In this document: positions 29,464 to 32,000 of the stretch, piece by piece | How positions within the stretch are numbered: the first letter of the stretch is position 1 | Layout: each line of letters opens with the position of its first letter | Assembly (NCBI RefSeq): GCF_002945325.1 | Contig: NZ_CP026606.1 | Location: 1,230,001-1,262,000 of the forward strand | Length of the DNA stretch: 32,000 nucleotides | Source of the DNA: Methanococcus maripaludis | GTDB lineage: Archaea > AGJL01 > Methanococci > Methanococcales > Methanococcaceae | Reading direction: 5' to 3' | Made by a program: the position numbers and the translations under genes | Notes under the pieces: generated by a model | What the model saw: the letters and a program-made list of their open reading frames with translations, nothing else | The model's database searches: none | Told to the model about the DNA's origin: nothing

Positions 29464-30105
29464 TTATTTTTTTATGACATTTTTACAGCTTACTTTTCTT
29501 GCAAGTGCAACTTCACCGATTTTTATGAGTCCTGTAAAGAATTTTTCAAGTCCTCCGCAAGCCCATATTGCCTGTCCGAATGTAGAACCTTTTATTCTTC
29601 TTTCGTATTCTTCACCTGTAATTTTTTCTCCGGTAGTCTGTTTTGTAACAATTGCGGCGGCATTCATTAATTCTTCCCATGAAATTCCTTTCAATTCACC
29701 CATTAATGATTTAAAGATGCTGTGTACGGGAATATCGTATAATTTGGAAAGAGTTTTTGTAATATCGCAGTTTCTAACTATTCCAACAACCTGGCCATCA
29801 TCGTTTAAAACAGGAATGCTTATGACTTTGTATTCTACAATTTTGGTAACGGCTTCTCTTGCAGGTTCGTTTTTATTTACAACGATTACGTCTTCAATGG
29901 GACTCATAATGTCTTTTATTGGAATATTTTTATCAGAAACGATCATTAAATCAATGGCAGTTGTCCAACCAACCATTTTGCCGTCATTATCAATAATTGG
30001 TGTACTGAATTTCTTATTTTTATACATTAAGTCAATAACGGTCTGTACAGTAAAATCAGGATATATTTTAATAAATTTTTTATCCATCAAGCTTTTTACT
30101 TTCAT
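29464..30105 (-). CDS. Tandem CBS-domain protein with about 95-aa C-terminal extension
   Basis: Two CBS repeats (KVKSLMDKKFIKIYPDFTVQTVIDLMYKNKKFSTPIIDNDGKMVGWTT; DIMSPIEDVIVVNKNEPAREAVTKIVEYKVISIPVLNDDGQVVGIVRNCDITK). Confidence 0.85.
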   Translation of the reverse strand: MKVKSLMDKKFIKIYPDFTVQTVIDLMYKNKKFSTPIIDNDGKMVGWTTAIDLMIVSDKNIPIKDIMSPIEDVIVVNKNEPAREAVTKIVEYKVISIPVLNDDGQVVGIVRNCDITKTLSKLYDIPVHSIFKSLMGELKGISWEELMNAAAIVTKQTTGEKITGEEYERRIKGSTFGQAIWACGGLEKFFTGLIKIGEVALARKVSCKNVIKK

Positions 30106-30120
30106 ATTACCCCTCCCCGA

Positions 30121-30879
30121 CTACATATCTTTTTGTTTAATCGCTATCGCAGTTACAGGACAATTTTTCTCACATTTTCCGCAGAATATGCACATTTTAT
30201 CATCCAATTTCATTAATCCATCCTCGTAAACTATCGCACCAACGGGACATATTTCACTGCATACCATACAGTTAATGCAGGTGTCATTATTTAAAGATAT
30301 TTCATTTTCAGCCGTTATTTCGCCCATTTCGTTTTCAACTTTTATCGCCGATTTTGGACATACTTTTTCGCAAGCAGTACACCCCATGCAGAGGTCTAGA
30401 TTTATGTCAATGCTGTTTCTTTTTTCAACGGTTATTGCAGAAGTTGGACAGAATCTTTCGCAAATTCCGCATTTTATGCATGATTCTTCATCGAGTTCGT
30501 GTTTTACCAACCTTATTTTTCTATGGGTTACGTCAATTTCTTTTAATTCGTAAACTACGGTATCCTCTTCTAATTTTGCACGACCTTCTAATACATTGAT
30601 TGCACCAACGGGACATGTTTTGGCACATATTTCACATTTTACACATTTTTCAGGGATTATTTCAGCAGGGCTTTTAACGCTTGGTTCTTTTATCGCATCA
30701 ACAGGACAAACTTCGTAGCAAAGCTCGCATCTAATACATTTGTTGGATTCTACGTATAAATTCCTTTCAACAGGCACCATTAAATCCTTTAATTTTTCTT
30801 TTACAAATTTTTCATCAATTCCAAGATTTTTTGAAATATCTGAGATGATTTTTTGGACTGGTTTTTTTACGGTTATCAT
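30121..30879 (-). CDS. Polyferredoxin with six 4Fe-4S motifs
   Basis: CIRCELCYEVCP, CVKCEICAKTCP, CIKCGICERFCP, CMGCTACEKVCP, CINCMVCSEICP, CIFCGKCEKNCP; RBS AAGGTG. Confidence 0.93.
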   Translation of the reverse strand: MITVKKPVQKIISDISKNLGIDEKFVKEKLKDLMVPVERNLYVESNKCIRCELCYEVCPVDAIKEPSVKSPAEIIPEKCVKCEICAKTCPVGAINVLEGRAKLEEDTVVYELKEIDVTHRKIRLVKHELDEESCIKCGICERFCPTSAITVEKRNSIDINLDLCMGCTACEKVCPKSAIKVENEMGEITAENEISLNNDTCINCMVCSEICPVGAIVYEDGLMKLDDKMCIFCGKCEKNCPVTAIAIKQKDM

Positions 30880-30899
30880 CTAAAACACCTTTTTAGGTA

Positions 30900-31376
30900 T
30901 TATTCAAGTTTAATCGCTTTTGCAGGGCATATCTCTTCGCAATGTCCGCAGAGTACGCATTTATCCATATCGAAAGAAATATTATCATCAGATTCAGATA
31001 TTGCTCCAAACGGACAGTTTTTAGTACATACTAAACACATTACACATTTTTTTCGATTATAGTCTAATTTTTTACTTTTTAATCGATTTTCAATTATTAA
31101 ATTGCCCTGTTCTACCCTTACTCTAGTTTTAGTAATTTTTATCGCATCAACAGGACATGTTTCAACGCATGTGTTGCAGTAGACACATTTATTATCAATA
31201 TCTGGAACTTCTGGAAAGTTCGAGCTGATTGCAGTTACCGGACACACTTCAAGGCATCTATTGCACAATATGCAGAGTTCTGGATTTATCTCGATTTTGT
31301 TACTGATGTACTGGCTGTCAAGTTCAAATTTGATATCCAAATTATCAAAATATTTTTTAAGAATTTTCGATACCAT
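30900..31376 (-). CDS. Polyferredoxin with four 4Fe-4S motifs (track start 31433; MVSKILKK at 31376 behind AGGATGAT, or MIDM at 31385, more likely)
   Basis: CILCNRCLEVCP, CVYCNTCVETCP, CVMCLVCTKNCP, CVLCGHCEEICP. Confidence 0.9.
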   Translation of the reverse strand: MVSKILKKYFDNLDIKFELDSQYISNKIEINPELCILCNRCLEVCPVTAISSNFPEVPDIDNKCVYCNTCVETCPVDAIKITKTRVRVEQGNLIIENRLKSKKLDYNRKKCVMCLVCTKNCPFGAISESDDNISFDMDKCVLCGHCEEICPAKAIKLE

Positions 31377-31377
31377 A

Positions 31378-32000
31378 TCAATCATCCTTCCTCTTTTCAC
31401 CAATATTTTCCTCTGAAATCGACTGTTTTCCAAGATTTTTAACTTCTTCTTTTAACAATACATAATTTTTGGTGAATTCTTCAAGGTCGCTGTGCAGGAT
31501 ACTTTCAAATTCGTCTCTTATTTTTCGTTTAGAGTACAAATCTTCAGATGTTTCTGTTTTAAGATAATCAATTGCATCAACAGGACATGCATTTTGACAT
31601 AATCCGCATCTTACACAGTATTCCGGATTAATGTACGGTAAATTGGTTTCTTTAGATATTAAAATTGCTTCAGGAACATTACATGCCCTATAACAAATTC
31701 TACAGCCGATACATTTTTCTTCATCAACAATGTAGCACTCAGCAGTTCTTTTCGTAATTTTTTCAGGAACTCCGATCCTTATCGCGGTTGTTGGACACAC
31801 TTCAAGACATTTTCCGGATTTTATGCAGGATGTAACTTTAAGTCTTTCAAGGTCTATTGAACCAGGACAAACATCAACACAGTTTCCGCAACCAATACAT
31901 AAACTTGGAACGATCCTAGGAATTTCGGCTATTACGTCGCTTTCTTCTTTAAAATCACTTCCAAGTCTTTCCCGGTCAAATTTAGTATTTTGTGCAATTT
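31378..32000 (-). CDS. Polyferredoxin, 5' end beyond window (track start at 31800 is an artefact: frame is open to the edge)
   Basis: Hand translation upstream of 31800: IAQNTKFDRERLGSDFKEESDVIAEIPRIVPSLCIGCGNCVDVCPGSIDLERLKVTSCIKSGKCLEVCPTTAIRIG...; further motifs CIGCRICYRACN and CVRCGLCQNACP. Confidence 0.9.
   Translation of the reverse strand, partial: IAQNTKFDRERLGSDFKEESDVIAEIPRIVPSLCIGCGNCVDVCPGSIDLERLKVTSCIKSGKCLEVCPTTAIRIGVPEKITKRTAECYIVDEEKCIGCRICYRACNVPEAILISKETNLPYINPEYCVRCGLCQNACPVDAIDYLKTETSEDLYSKRKIRDEFESILHSDLEEFTKNYVLLKEEVKNLGKQSISEENIGEKRKDD

Noticed and set aside
31378-31800. Apparent independent small polyferredoxin starting at 31800
   Set aside because: The start is a GTG inside a CxxxCP motif; the frame is open to the window edge with more ferredoxin motifs, so it is a truncated longer gene.

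Overview
This looks like an ordinary, densely packed core-genome segment of a methanogenic archaeon, very probably Methanococcus maripaludis or a close relative. That assignment rests on protein content, AT-rich composition and GGTGAT-type ribosome-binding sites, from recall and not from a database search. I support 28 protein genes (two truncated by the window edges) plus a possible 52-aa small ORF, and one tRNA-Val(UAC). They include pheS (partial), a TIGR01212 radical SAM protein, a DUF366 protein, an S-layer-like protein, pyrE, dadD, pstK, bifunctional NAD kinase/phosphatase, tldD, a CofA-type aldehyde dehydrogenase, MscS, moaB, cbiMNQO, a HacA/AksD-type dehydratase large subunit, the diadenylate cyclase dacZ, cfbB, a SpoIIM-like membrane protein, a lipoprotein, ileS, a DUF356 protein, a HARP-type protein-only RNase P homologue, a HIGH/TmcAL-like nucleotidyltransferase, prefoldin alpha, ehbA (MnhE-like), L-cysteine desulfidase, a winged-helix-like protein, a CBS protein and three tandem polyferredoxins. 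I see no mobile elements, CRISPR arrays or defence islands. The items most worth a second look are: (1) a HARP/HIGH-nucleotidyltransferase/DUF356/ileS run beside a tRNA gene; (2) a polyferredoxin-CBS-wHTH run, including a ferredoxin motif with Ser in place of the second Cys; (3) paired hairpins at the 3' end of the S-layer-like gene; (4) a hairpin in the tRNA-Val 5' leader; (5) an unlisted 52-aa membrane microprotein directly downstream of tldD.
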